64,000 nucleotides of DNA from Candidatus Aenigmatarchaeota archaeon (GTDB taxonomy: Archaea; Aenigmatarchaeota; Aenigmatarchaeia; GW2011-AR5). This document shows, piece after piece, positions 18,552 to 27,498 of the stretch (its first letter is position 1; each line of letters begins with the position of its first letter). A program made the translations under genes and the position numbers. The DNA lies in NCBI GenBank assembly GCA_016198685.1, contig JACQID010000004.1, forward strand, positions 261,059 through 325,058. Direction: 5' to 3'. The notes below the pieces were generated by a model. The model did not search any database and had not been told where the DNA came from. It saw only the letters and a program-made list of their open reading frames with translations.

Positions 18552-19598
18552 TCATTTGTTTTCATTTCTCTGCATTTTATCAACGCTTATTTCCATCCAT
18601 TTGCCTGCATAATCTTCAGCGCCTACAGCATCCAAGGCTCTTGATAAAAGGTTATCAGGCGCAAAAACATGCGGTGATCCGGCATCGGTTAGATCAGGTC
18701 CTTTGTAAGGAGGGGTATAATCAGGCGTATAGAAAAAAGGCATACCCTTATCTATCCTGCTTTTCCTGACGCGCGGATTTTTTATCGCTGAGCCGAAACG
18801 TCCCGGACGCTCCGCGTCTATGAAATAAATTTCCCGACCAAAGCGCTCGTATCTTCCTTCTCTATTCATGCCTTCGGCATCTATTGCCTCTATTTCATCG
18901 GAGTGAATAGGCAAATAGAAACCCTGCAATAACGTCATATTTGTTTCAGATTCATATACTATGTCTACGAAGCCTCCCGCAACGAACAATATATCGCCAT
19001 TTTCACGCCTGGCGGTTATGGTATCTGAAGGATCAATGATTTCTGCGTTAATATGCATCGTTGGCAATTGCAATCCTATCTTTTTCGCTGATTCTGAAAT
19101 GTAAGGCTCCATGCCGACAGGCGCAAGAAGCCGATGATCATCTTTTGTCACTATCAGGCATTCCTCGGCCGCCTCGCGCATCGCCGTGCTATAAAGCCCG
19201 CTGGGGAGATAGACCTCATCATGTGTAGGATGACCCGCAGGGATGCTGTGGTATAGGGCATGCGTAGGCGCTCTGATGTCCCGCCTGTGGGATATAATTT
19301 TTCCGTCTTTTGTCATGTAAAATATACCTGCACATGGCGGCCTTATCGGATGCACCTCGTCAGCTATCGCTGAAACACCCTCTTCCTTGAGACGTTTCAT
19401 GACAGTTATTCCATATTCAGGATTTTGTGGTAAACGTCCACGAAACGTTTCCGGAAGATTTGGATAGAGAAGGCTTATAGAGAGCCTGCCATCCCGTAGA
19501 CTTGCAATGGCACGGTCTACCTTCAAATTTCCGGTTCTGTAAACTGCCGGATTCATAAAACAATAGATTTGTAAACCCTTTTTAAGTTGTAAATTCAA
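18552..19598 (-). CDS. Hypothetical protein (no family recognised), compositionally GC-richer than surroundings
   Basis: 348 aa continuous ORF with strong coding periodicity; His-rich patches (HALYH, GHPTHDE). No TM or signal sequence. Visibly higher G+C than flanking genes. Confidence 0.55.
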   Translation of the reverse strand: MNLQLKKGLQIYCFMNPAVYRTGNLKVDRAIASLRDGRLSISLLYPNLPETFRGRLPQNPEYGITVMKRLKEEGVSAIADEVHPIRPPCAGIFYMTKDGKIISHRRDIRAPTHALYHSIPAGHPTHDEVYLPSGLYSTAMREAAEECLIVTKDDHRLLAPVGMEPYISESAKKIGLQLPTMHINAEIIDPSDTITARRENGDILFVAGGFVDIVYESETNMTLLQGFYLPIHSDEIEAIDAEGMNREGRYERFGREIYFIDAERPGRFGSAIKNPRVRKSRIDKGMPFFYTPDYTPPYKGPDLTDAGSPHVFAPDNLLSRALDAVGAEDYAGKWMEISVDKMQRNENK

Positions 19599-19616
19599 TG
19601 AATTCTCGGTGATGGA

Positions 19617-20198
19617 ATGGAAGAGCCGGGAAACGTAAAGGATCTTATTCAGGATGTGAAGAACCTATCTGGGCTTATGTTGAATCTTGCTTATTCGTCC
19701 GTGTTTTTCGAAAGCAAGGAGATAGCCAAGGAAGTGATCATATTGTACAACGATATAGAGAGTCTTGAAGAAAACTTGTATCTGCATTTGTTCGCAGCAT
19801 CACGCGGCGGCCACCAAGCCAAGAGGCTCATTGGCGTCATAGATGTTGCCGAAAGCTCTAAATTTGTTGCAAATGCCGCAAGGAATATGGCCGAGATGGT
19901 ACTTGAAGGCAGGGAACTGCATCCCGTCATTAAAGACGCCCTCCGTGAAAGCGACGAAAGCATAGCACGCGAGACCGTGCTGAAAAAATCTATACTTGTA
20001 AGCAAGACACTCGGCGACATGAAGCTTAGGACAGAAACAGGCGCCAACGTCATTGCCATAAAAAGGAATGGGAAATGGATGTTCAATCCCGAAGAAACTA
20101 CAACCGTTCGCGAGGAAGATGTGCTTATCTTCATCGGCTCCAAAGAAAGCTGCAAACGCCTCCATAAGCTGGCTAGAGGGGAATTGAAAAAGCTCTAA
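19617..20198 (+). CDS. PhoU-like / TrkA-C (RCK_C) domain regulatory protein, likely cytoplasmic regulator of adjacent MgtE-type transporter
   Basis: 193 aa; N-terminal helical PhoU-like region; C-terminal TrkA-C fold (KTLGDMKLRTETGANVIAIKRNGKWMFNPEETTTVREEDVLIFIG). Confidence 0.65.
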   Translation: MEEPGNVKDLIQDVKNLSGLMLNLAYSSVFFESKEIAKEVIILYNDIESLEENLYLHLFAASRGGHQAKRLIGVIDVAESSKFVANAARNMAEMVLEGRELHPVIKDALRESDESIARETVLKKSILVSKTLGDMKLRTETGANVIAIKRNGKWMFNPEETTTVREEDVLIFIGSKESCKRLHKLARGELKKL

Positions 20199-20225
20199 GT
20201 ATAATATCCTTCGCGGAGGAATATT

Positions 20226-21461
20226 ATGAATTCACTGCGTAGCTTTCTGAGTGCGGAGGCACTGGCCTACGTCAAGCTACGCTACAGCATTTTTTCGCTT
20301 GTTATTAGCGGCATAACATCGATTTTTGCGGGAGTCTTGCTTAGCAAATCAGAAGCTCTGATACTTGCAGTCCCTGGGCTTCTTGTATTGTTGCCTGCAG
20401 CACTGGATATCCGCGGCTGTATTTTCGGAACCTTGGCATCAAGGCTCGGCTCTGCGTTTCACATAGGCACGCTCAAAAATTTTGACCTGAAAAACAAGGT
20501 ATTGCGCATAAATGTTTTTGCATCATTGTCTCTTAGCGTGATTCTTTCCGTATATCTTGGTATCATATCAAAAATTCTAACGTATCTTTTTGGATTGCCC
20601 GCCATACCTTTGCAGGAGCTTGTTTCCATATCGCTGATCGCAGGATTGCTATCCGGCGTCCTTCTCACGATTGCTTCAATATGGATATCCTTTCTTGCCT
20701 ACAAAAGAAGCTGGGATCCTGATAATGTAACATCCCCTCTTGTCACGGCAATAGGCGATTTCTTTACTATACCTAGCCTTATTGCAGCAGCTATGATAGT
20801 GCAATATATAGGGCATTATTCTGAAATGATATTCTACGCATCCGTTATGTTGTCTCTTCTTAGCATGTTTCACGTCCTTATTTCCTCTGGTGTAGTTCCA
20901 AATTCCATCAATTTCAAGCGCATAATGACGGAGTCTATGCCTGTACTCGCATTGTCAGGATTGCTCAGCGCGGCTTCCGGCGTTGTACTGGAAGCATACG
21001 TGCACAGCATAATAGCGATACCTATTATATTGATGTTCATCCCTTCGTTCCTTGAAACCGCAGGCAATATAACAACCATACTCTCGTCACGCGTTGGAAG
21101 CAAGCTGCATCTTGGTTTGATCAAGCCTGACTTCAAAATGAAAGGCGAAAAGCTCCAGGAAATACTCAATTCAATGCGCCTTGCCTATTTCATTTTCCCG
21201 CTTTTAGGAATAATGGCTTATTACATAGGCGCATTTGCAGGGGTCAACGGCTTGACACTCTGGGATATAGTAATCCTATCGGTTTCATCCGGAATTATCC
21301 TGCATCTCTTTCTCATCCTGATGTCCATGGCCATATCGATAATATCCTTCAACCACAACGTCGATCCGGATAACGTGACAATACCTATAATGACAAGCGT
21401 TGCCGACATAGTATCGGTTCTGGTTATAGTAGGAATGGTACACGTTCTTGGCTTTGTCTAG
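20226..21461 (+). CDS. MgtE-family divalent cation transporter, tandem-duplicated TM domain without CBS/N domains (SLC41-like)
   Basis: 411 aa. Two homologous 5-TM halves, each carrying the MgtE signature (SWDPDNVTSPLVTAIGDFFTIPSLI and NHNVDPDNVTIPIMTSVADIVSVLVIV). Confidence 0.8.
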   Translation: MNSLRSFLSAEALAYVKLRYSIFSLVISGITSIFAGVLLSKSEALILAVPGLLVLLPAALDIRGCIFGTLASRLGSAFHIGTLKNFDLKNKVLRINVFASLSLSVILSVYLGIISKILTYLFGLPAIPLQELVSISLIAGLLSGVLLTIASIWISFLAYKRSWDPDNVTSPLVTAIGDFFTIPSLIAAAMIVQYIGHYSEMIFYASVMLSLLSMFHVLISSGVVPNSINFKRIMTESMPVLALSGLLSAASGVVLEAYVHSIIAIPIILMFIPSFLETAGNITTILSSRVGSKLHLGLIKPDFKMKGEKLQEILNSMRLAYFIFPLLGIMAYYIGAFAGVNGLTLWDIVILSVSSGIILHLFLILMSMAISIISFNHNVDPDNVTIPIMTSVADIVSVLVIVGMVHVLGFV

Positions 21462-21650
21462 TCCAGATACGGCACGACTAAATGCAGATACAGATAAAGT
21501 GAAAATATCAGAAACAATGCCAATATGACGAAATATCGCCTATCACGGTCCATGACGATTAAATATGCAAATAAGAATTAATAGAGAAAGCAGGTAATGT
21601 CTGCCCGTTTGCGTAGAGAAGCTTATTCTCTATTGCAGAAAATCCTGACC

Positions 21651-21666
21651 TGCGCCCGCCGGGATT
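21651..21666. repeat. 16-nt direct repeat of the tRNA-Gly 3' end (AATCCCGGCGGGCGCA on the tRNA strand), 125 bp downstream of the tRNA
   Basis: tgcgcccgccgggatt at 21651-21666 is identical to 21791-21806 (tRNA-Gly T-stem 3' half plus acceptor 3' strand). The sequence between them holds several hairpins (GTTGAAG-GCGCCA-CTTCAAC and GAAGAC-GA-AGTCTTC). Confidence 0.5.
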
Positions 21667-21790
21667 CGCACGGAGGACATTCTTCCTCCGGCGCAGTGAA
21701 GACTTCGTCTTCCCTGTGAACCTTCGGTTCTGTTGAAGTGGCGCCTTCAACATCCAGAGAAGCGAAGCTTGTCCTCGGAAAATCCCAGTA

Positions 21791-21900
21791 TGCGCCCGCC
21801 GGGATTTGAACCCGGATCAACAGCTTTCTTCGTTTTCCGCCGGCGCTTTTTCTAAAAGGGCCGTTGGAAGGCTGTGGTCCTGCCGTTAGACTACAGGCGC
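21791..21900 (-). tRNA. tRNA-Gly (TCC) with 39-nt canonical-position intron
   Basis: Reverse strand: GCGCCTG-TA-GTCT-AACGGCA-GGAC-C-ACAGC-CTTCCA[intron, about 21825-21863]A-GCTGT-TGAT-CCGGG-TTCAAAT-CCCGG-CGGGCGC-A. All stems are Watson-Crick or G.U. Intron lies between nt 37/38 of the anticodon loop; mature length 71 nt. Confidence 0.8.
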
Positions 21901-21987
21901 TTCTTTCTCATATCCATTATAGACAAAGAAATAAAAATGGTTGGTTTGGCTCAGAATTGCAAAATGTGCGACATAAGTTCTTGGAGT

Positions 21988-23508
21988 CTATTCGAAGAAC
22001 TTCCTTACAGCCGGGTTCATGTCTTCTACATAACGCTGAGATATCTGCTCGTAGAAGTTATAGATTATCATGACCGTGAGCAGTATGCCTGTTCCGGTTC
22101 CGAGAGCACCTGTGAAATCACCAAGCGCGGCAAGCGTGCCTATCGCAAGACCGGAGATTATTGTGAGGGAAGGTATGTACCTGTTCAATACTTGCTCAAC
22201 TATACGCGGGTCGCGCCTGAAGCCTGGCACCTGCATGCCCATGGATTCTATCTGGTTGGCAACGCTGCGCGCATCCATGCCTGCAGTCGTAACCCATAGA
22301 ATCGAAAAGAGCACTGAGCCCGCAACAAGTATTATCAGGTATACAAATACCCTGAATATGCTTTCCGCGCTTGGCGCGCCGGTGACGCTGAGCGTTACCA
22401 TTGATGCAAGGATAAGCGAAATAATTGAAGATGCGCCCAGGAATTTGCCGAGATTTGGATGCTTCATGTAGTATGCAAGAACCACCGAACCCAGCATCGC
22501 CAAAAGGAAGCTTGTGAAGAATAATTCTATTGATGTCTCACGCGGAACCTGAAGGTAATGGGCAAGGCCCGATACTGCCTGATTATTACCATCAAAGCAT
22601 CCCAGTAGCCCGCATCTTAAGCCTCCGCCAACGTCCCTTGCAAGAGCATGGCCTATGAGCTGGATGTTTGCAAGCAAGGCCGCTATAAGGATGACGGGTA
22701 TGTTGCTGGTATAGATAAGCTTGAGAGGCCAGCTTCTCGCAAAGCCCCGTACAGAAGCGAAAGCAAGAGGTATCTGCACTTTCATGGCCTGTATATACAC
22801 GACCATCAAGAAAACTATTACAGTTGAAATTATCGGCAGGAATGCGGTAAACGCCTCATAGAACTGCTGTGAGCCTATGTATTGTATCGCCTGCGGAATA
22901 AGACCAAATGAGAACTCACTGCCTTCTCCTGCAAGCGGATTTAATGCCCGGACAAATATCGTCTTTGAAACTCCGGCTGCAATGAAAAGCGATATTCCTG
23001 ACCCTATACCCCACTTGGACACAACTTCGTCCATGAAAAGTAATATTAACGCGCCGAACATGAGCTGGACTACAAGAAACGCTATGGTAACGAAATCCCG
23101 GCTTACAGGAGAAACCGCGCCCAAGCCTACGAATATTATAGCCTCAAATATGCAGAATAATATTGCAAGCAATTTTTGCGTGCTTTGGAATTTGGCTTTG
23201 CCCGCCTCAGTGGATGTATCTATATTGATTATCTTGGATCCTGCAAGAAGCTGTAAGATTATAGATGCAGTGACTATAGGGCCGATACCTAAGGTAATTA
23301 TGGAACCAAGAGAAGAACCAAGTATCATTTCAAATGTCTGAAATTGCTGAAGAGAAGTTTCAGAGACGCCCCAAAGCGTTATCTGACCCATTATGAGAAA
23401 GATAAATAATATAAGACCTGTCCATTTGATGCGGGATGAGAAATTAAGATAAGTGGAAGGTCCCTTGACACTGGGCAATACCCCTATGATTTTCTCGTAC
23501 GCAGACAT
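21988..23508 (-). CDS. secY: Preprotein translocase subunit SecY
   Basis: 506 aa, 10 TM; conserved SecY N-terminus and plug region. Terminal gene of the ribosomal superoperon. Confidence 0.95.
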   Translation of the reverse strand: MSAYEKIIGVLPSVKGPSTYLNFSSRIKWTGLILFIFLIMGQITLWGVSETSLQQFQTFEMILGSSLGSIITLGIGPIVTASIILQLLAGSKIINIDTSTEAGKAKFQSTQKLLAILFCIFEAIIFVGLGAVSPVSRDFVTIAFLVVQLMFGALILLFMDEVVSKWGIGSGISLFIAAGVSKTIFVRALNPLAGEGSEFSFGLIPQAIQYIGSQQFYEAFTAFLPIISTVIVFLMVVYIQAMKVQIPLAFASVRGFARSWPLKLIYTSNIPVILIAALLANIQLIGHALARDVGGGLRCGLLGCFDGNNQAVSGLAHYLQVPRETSIELFFTSFLLAMLGSVVLAYYMKHPNLGKFLGASSIISLILASMVTLSVTGAPSAESIFRVFVYLIILVAGSVLFSILWVTTAGMDARSVANQIESMGMQVPGFRRDPRIVEQVLNRYIPSLTIISGLAIGTLAALGDFTGALGTGTGILLTVMIIYNFYEQISQRYVEDMNPAVRKFFE

Positions 23509-23512
23509 TATA

Positions 23513-23890
23513 TCACTCGGTGATTATCTGGCCTCCGGCCTTCTCCACTTTTTCCTTAGCTGACGGAGAGCACAAAAGCACTTTCACCTTTAGGGGTTTG
23601 GAAATCTCTCCTTGCCCAAGAAGCTTGCCATATCCCATCTCTGTGAGGTTGACTTCTCCTTCAAATTTGGCAAGTTCAAAAACATTTATGACTTTAGCTC
23701 TCTCTTTCAAAGACGTGAAGCCTTTCTTGCCGAAATGACCGGGGTCCTTGGCATATACAAAGCTTCTATTGTGCTTGGAGCTGCCTCCGAGTCCCTTGCC
23801 TCCCTTGCTTCCCTTGCCTCGGTGCTTTTTCTTGGCGCCGAAGCCGTGCGTATGGCTTCCTCTTTTCTTGTTGGCTTTGTCGCTTGTCAT
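23513..23890 (-). CDS. rpl15: 50S ribosomal protein L15
   Basis: 125 aa; Gly/Lys-rich N-terminus (KKRGSHTHGFGAKKKHRGKGSKGGKG) typical of L15. Confidence 0.9.
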   Translation of the reverse strand: MTSDKANKKRGSHTHGFGAKKKHRGKGSKGGKGLGGSSKHNRSFVYAKDPGHFGKKGFTSLKERAKVINVFELAKFEGEVNLTEMGYGKLLGQGEISKPLKVKVLLCSPSAKEKVEKAGGQIITE

Positions 23891-24210
23891 TATAACATTC
23901 TCTTTATGAGTTCATTTATCTTTGCGCCGTTGTAGCCCAAATCACCCTGCGGTGCCTTAAGGCTGATGGATTTTATTCCCTTCCTTGGGGGCTTCAGATG
24001 TGCAACGCCTTTTATGGCCTTCTGCGTCTCCGCATCGGCTTCGCCCCATGCAACGAAGTCGGTAACTTTCATTATCATTCCCCTGTATGTCTTGTTGTCT
24101 TCCAAGATTATAGCAGAGTTTATTTTCTTCAGGCCCATGACTCTCAGGGTTTCTTTTATATCCGCCCTGACATTCACGCTACCTCGGATTCTTACAACAA
24201 CAAGCATCAT
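23890..24210 (-). CDS. rpl30: 50S ribosomal protein L30
   Basis: 106 aa; VVRIRGSVNVRADIKETLRVMGLKKIN ... GDLGYNGAKINELIKRML. Confidence 0.85.
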   Translation of the reverse strand: MMLVVVRIRGSVNVRADIKETLRVMGLKKINSAIILEDNKTYRGMIMKVTDFVAWGEADAETQKAIKGVAHLKPPRKGIKSISLKAPQGDLGYNGAKINELIKRML

Positions 24211-24866
24211 TTCACCTTATGAAGATTCATCTTTTTCAACGCATCAAAAACGGCATAAGAGTAGTTTACGTGGCTGGATGTGTGGCCGTAGCTCTTGGCC
24301 CATATGTCCTTTATGCCGGCCAATCTCATCATCTTCTTGGCTTCATTGTTGATACACAATCCTATGCCTTTTGGCGCAGGTATAAGAACGACCTTGACTG
24401 AGCCTGCCTTGCCTTCCGCCATCATAGGTATTGAATGAGGCTCATTGCATGAGCATTCCCAAGAACCGCATCCTCTCTTGACAGGTATCATGTTGAGCTT
24501 GGCATTTTCAATTGCCTTGCCAATGGCTATTCTATTTTCCTTTGCACTGGCCTTGCCTATTCCAATGTATCCATTCTTGTTGCCTATGCAAGCAACGGAT
24601 GAGATAGTATATCTTCTGCCGCTCATGTGCATTCTTGTGGTTCTCTTCGTCGAGGTCATCCTCTTTCCCCCGCCTTTTCCGGAAGAACCGCCTACATAAA
24701 TAAGATCATTCTCAAGCATTGGGACGAGCTTGTCAACTATCTGCGGCTCCTTGATTATCTTGCCCGAGCTAAATATGTCATCAAGCGATGCCACGGAGCC
24801 GTTCAATACGTTCCTGCCCAGCTCCGTTCTTGGTACCCAATTTTGCATGTTATCGTTTGCCATCAT
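24207..24866 (-). CDS. rps5: 30S ribosomal protein S5
   Basis: 219 aa; S5 dsRBD-like N-domain and C-domain (GIGKASAKENRIAIGKAIENAK, IPAPKGIGL). Confidence 0.9.
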   Translation of the reverse strand: MMANDNMQNWVPRTELGRNVLNGSVASLDDIFSSGKIIKEPQIVDKLVPMLENDLIYVGGSSGKGGGKRMTSTKRTTRMHMSGRRYTISSVACIGNKNGYIGIGKASAKENRIAIGKAIENAKLNMIPVKRGCGSWECSCNEPHSIPMMAEGKAGSVKVVLIPAPKGIGLCINNEAKKMMRLAGIKDIWAKSYGHTSSHVNYSYAVFDALKKMNLHKVK

Positions 24867-25429
24867 TCATTCCCCTTAGCGTTTTTGATTGCCAATTTGA
24901 CTTCATCGAAGTTCTTGGCTATATCTTCCGGATTGAAGCCAGATTTGAGATACGATGAAAATTGCTTTTCATAGGCTGCTTTGTTCTTGGACTTTAAGAG
25001 TTTTGCGTATTGGGCAATATGCTCGCCGCGTATTCTTGCATCATCAGGGAACGCCTCGCCGGCTGATATGTTCAGGCCAGCATCCTTTGCGCCTTTGATG
25101 GCTGCATATATCGCAACGCCCTTTCTTGAATATTGAAGGCCTATATCGGCTATAGCTTCCTTTACGCCATGCTTGATCGCTTTTGTTGCGGCAAGCATAC
25201 CTGCAAGATATGCCGCAGGCACGCTTCCGCTGTGCCCTTTCCACCCAAGCGAAGCAAGATCAAGAGAGCTTGCTTCTGTTAGTGTCTTGTCGCCGGACCT
25301 TATGAACTCGACAATTTGAATAAGTATTTTGTTGTTGGTTTTTCTGATTACAAGCCTCGGAAGGCCTGATTTCAGTAATGCCAGTCTCTGCCTGTAATCC
25401 GTTTTCTCATTAAGCCTTCTTTTTAGCAT
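24863..25429 (-). CDS. rpl18: 50S ribosomal protein L18
   Basis: 188 aa; KTDYRQRLALLKSGLPRLVIRKTNNKILIQIV is the L18/L5e family N-terminus. Confidence 0.9.
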   Translation of the reverse strand: MLKRRLNEKTDYRQRLALLKSGLPRLVIRKTNNKILIQIVEFIRSGDKTLTEASSLDLASLGWKGHSGSVPAAYLAGMLAATKAIKHGVKEAIADIGLQYSRKGVAIYAAIKGAKDAGLNISAGEAFPDDARIRGEHIAQYAKLLKSKNKAAYEKQFSSYLKSGFNPEDIAKNFDEVKLAIKNAKGNE

Positions 25430-25877
25430 TTGAATCCCTCAGCATCTTGTTTCTTTCTAAGTATGTCATCATGTGAGCCCTGCTTCTGAAGAAGCCGCTG
25501 CCCGCTTTCCTGTAAACCTGTCTGTATATCTTCTGATCCATGGAACCACGAACCAAGTTCAATTGGTCCCGCAACGCGCGGATAGTCTTCATCCAGCTTT
25601 CTTTTCTTGAAAGGCCCACAGTGGCTTTTCCTTTTCTGGAACCTATCCCTTTTCTTCTGCCCTTTCTCTTCTGGGCAAGCACGGCACGCGCCCTGCCTCT
25701 GCTGTTGCCCTTAGCAGGCAGCTCCTTTATGGCACCCTGCATGGAGAGTCTTCTTATGTCCGCGGCCGTTATAGCCTCAGCTATATCAGCGCCTCTTGCC
25801 GGATCGAACCATACTCGGCTCTCTCCGCATTTCAGCACGCGGGCCGCTATTTTCTTCTGAGATGTCAGTTGTGCCAT
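25410..25877 (-). CDS. rpl19e: 50S ribosomal protein L19e
   Basis: Likely start MAQLTSQKKIAARVLKCGESRVWFDP (ATG at 25877; the track ORF extends to 25919). Lys/Arg-rich C-terminal half typical of L19e. Confidence 0.9.
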   Translation of the reverse strand: MAQLTSQKKIAARVLKCGESRVWFDPARGADIAEAITAADIRRLSMQGAIKELPAKGNSRGRARAVLAQKRKGRRKGIGSRKGKATVGLSRKESWMKTIRALRDQLNLVRGSMDQKIYRQVYRKAGSGFFRSRAHMMTYLERNKMLRDSNAKKKA

Positions 25878-25882
25878 AATAT

Positions 25883-26046
25883 CAGTTCCACATTGCTTCT
25901 CCTTCGTTCGGGTATCCAAAGAATCCGAACTTATCGTATGCCATTTCGCACTTTCCGCACTGGAACAGGCCCTTGCTTATCTTATTAAGCCTGTCGCCTG
26001 CGTTGCCGCATACCGGGCAATTCTTGTCTGCAAATTTTATGAACAT
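25883..26046 (-). CDS. Small C4 zinc-ribbon protein inserted between L32e and L19e (not in ORF track)
   Basis: Manual translation of the reverse strand from ATG at 26046 gives a short ORF of about 54 aa, MFIKFADKNCPVCGNAGDRLNKISKGLFQCGKCEMAYDKFGFFGYPNEGEAMWN, with CPxCG...CGKC. Its TGA is 3 nt upstream of the L19e ATG. The overlapping track ORF 25985-26212 (Lys/Arg-rich) is an out-of-frame shadow. Confidence 0.4.
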
Positions 26047-26048
26047 TT

Positions 26049-26480
26049 CTATTCAGCCTTCTTTTCCTTTTTTGAAGCTTCTTTCTTGGCTTCCTCTTTC
26101 TTGACATTGGTTTTTTTCGCTTCTGCCGCTTTTGCGAGCTTCTCTGCACTTCTGATCCTTTGCCTGTTAAATATTTCAATGCCAAGTTCTTTGGCTTTAG
26201 CTGCGATCTCAAGAACGCTCTTCCGCCCCAGAGTTGAAGAAAGCATGGCAGTATCGCCCTTGTTGAGCTTCTGCAGATCTGTCAAGCCACAAACATATAT
26301 TACATTCGTGCCTTTGATAGTTCCTCTTGTGGATCTCTGGGTTCGGTAGCCGATCTTCGGAACCTTTCCAGCGCCTCCCCTGCGCTCACGCATCTTGCTT
26401 TGGCCGCCCTTAGGCGCTCTCCATTTTGTTCCAAGCTTGCTGTGGAACTGATTGTCCTGTCGTCTGAATCTTTTGCTCAT
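26049..26480 (-). CDS. rpl32e: 50S ribosomal protein L32e
   Basis: 143 aa; L32e core (RRQDNQFHSKLGTKWRAPKGGQSKMRERRGGAGKVPKIGY) with a Lys/Glu-rich tail. Confidence 0.9.
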   Translation of the reverse strand: MSKRFRRQDNQFHSKLGTKWRAPKGGQSKMRERRGGAGKVPKIGYRTQRSTRGTIKGTNVIYVCGLTDLQKLNKGDTAMLSSTLGRKSVLEIAAKAKELGIEIFNRQRIRSAEKLAKAAEAKKTNVKKEEAKKEASKKEKKAE

Positions 26481-27025
26481 AGCTTCTCCCCTGTCTGAAG
26501 TTTCTTGTCAACCACATAAATGCCATCATTGAAGACTCTGCCGTCCCTTTCGACTATCTTGCAGATTTCCTCGATGTTCCTGCAAGTCTGGCCTACATCT
26601 TCCAAATCTGTTCCCTTTACAATTACGGTGTCCTTTGTTGCCTTGACGTCCACCTTGCCCTTTATCTTTGTCATTCGCGGGGCCTTTTCGCCAAGGAAGT
26701 TCTTGACAAGTATATCCTTGTCCTTCACTTCAACATTTATTGGAAAGTGCGAATAGTGAATCTTCATCGTGTATTCGTAACCTTTTGTCACGCCTGCTAT
26801 CATGTTCTTGGCATGAGCCGCTATTGCCCCTACCATGGCCTTGATCTGTCGTCTCTCACTCTCCGAGGATACGACAAAATTATCATTTTTCTCCATCTTC
26901 ACTATGCCGTTAAACAATGGATTCTCAAAATTCTTTGATAGTTCGCCCTTGGGACCCTTGATCCTAAGTTCCATTCCCTGGATCGTGACATCAACGCCCT
27001 TTGGTATAGCAACTTCTTTCTTCAT
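26477..27025 (-). CDS. rpl6: 50S ribosomal protein L6
   Basis: 182 aa; duplicated alpha/beta L6 domains (IPKGVDVTIQGMELRIKGPKGELSKNF). Confidence 0.9.
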   Translation of the reverse strand: MKKEVAIPKGVDVTIQGMELRIKGPKGELSKNFENPLFNGIVKMEKNDNFVVSSESERRQIKAMVGAIAAHAKNMIAGVTKGYEYTMKIHYSHFPINVEVKDKDILVKNFLGEKAPRMTKIKGKVDVKATKDTVIVKGTDLEDVGQTCRNIEEICKIVERDGRVFNDGIYVVDKKLQTGEKL

Positions 27026-27063
27026 TTTTACATCCTCGATTTAGCTATAGCGATTTTTTCCCC

Positions 27064-27498
27064 TCAGTAAACATAAGCCACAAGCTTTCCGCCTGTGCCC
27101 TTCTCCACGGCGGTCTTCTTTGTCATAACGCCTGTTGGCGTGGAAAGTATGAGAGTTCCCATGTCTCGCGCAGGAAGAAATCTTGTTTCCCATTTCTTGA
27201 AACCTGAAGTCTTTGCTGCAAACCTGGGCCGCACGGCTCTTGACATGTTTATCTTGCCCTTCATCTCGACTCGGAATTTGCCAGACTTCTGGTCATCAAC
27301 GAACTCGAAGCTTCCGATGTATCCTTCTTCCTGAAGTATCTTGAGCACGCTCTTTACAGTACTCGACGCAGGCACGATGCATTCCTGCTTGCCGAACTTA
27401 TCGGCATTATTGAGCGAATACATGACATCCGGCAAAATATCGTGCCTCATGCTGTCGTTCCTCCTGTATATTTCATTGAAATTTTCATCATTCTTCAC
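27064..27498 (-). CDS. rps8: 30S ribosomal protein S8
   Basis: S8 core ([11 protein letters not shown]...GKLVAYVY). Track ORF begins with GTG overlapping the S14 stop; the ATG at 27450 (MRHDILPD...) is the more likely start. Confidence 0.9.
   Translation of the reverse strand: MKNDENFNEIYRRNDSMRHDILPDVMYSLNNADKFGKQECIVPASSTVKSVLKILQEEGYIGSFEFVDDQKSGKFRVEMKGKINMSRAVRPRFAAKTSGFKKWETRFLPARDMGTLILSTPTGVMTKKTAVEKGTGGKLVAYVY

Noticed and set aside
21623-21820. 65-aa minus-strand ORF and 21559-21753 ORF
   Set aside because: They overlap the tRNA-Gly 3' half, its intron and the repeat region. The sequence is explained by RNA features and there is no coding signal.
25985-26212. 75-aa Lys/Arg-rich minus-strand ORF
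   Set aside because: It is an out-of-frame overlap of the L32e Lys-rich C-terminal coding region. The real small gene here is the in-frame zinc-ribbon ORF 25883-26046.
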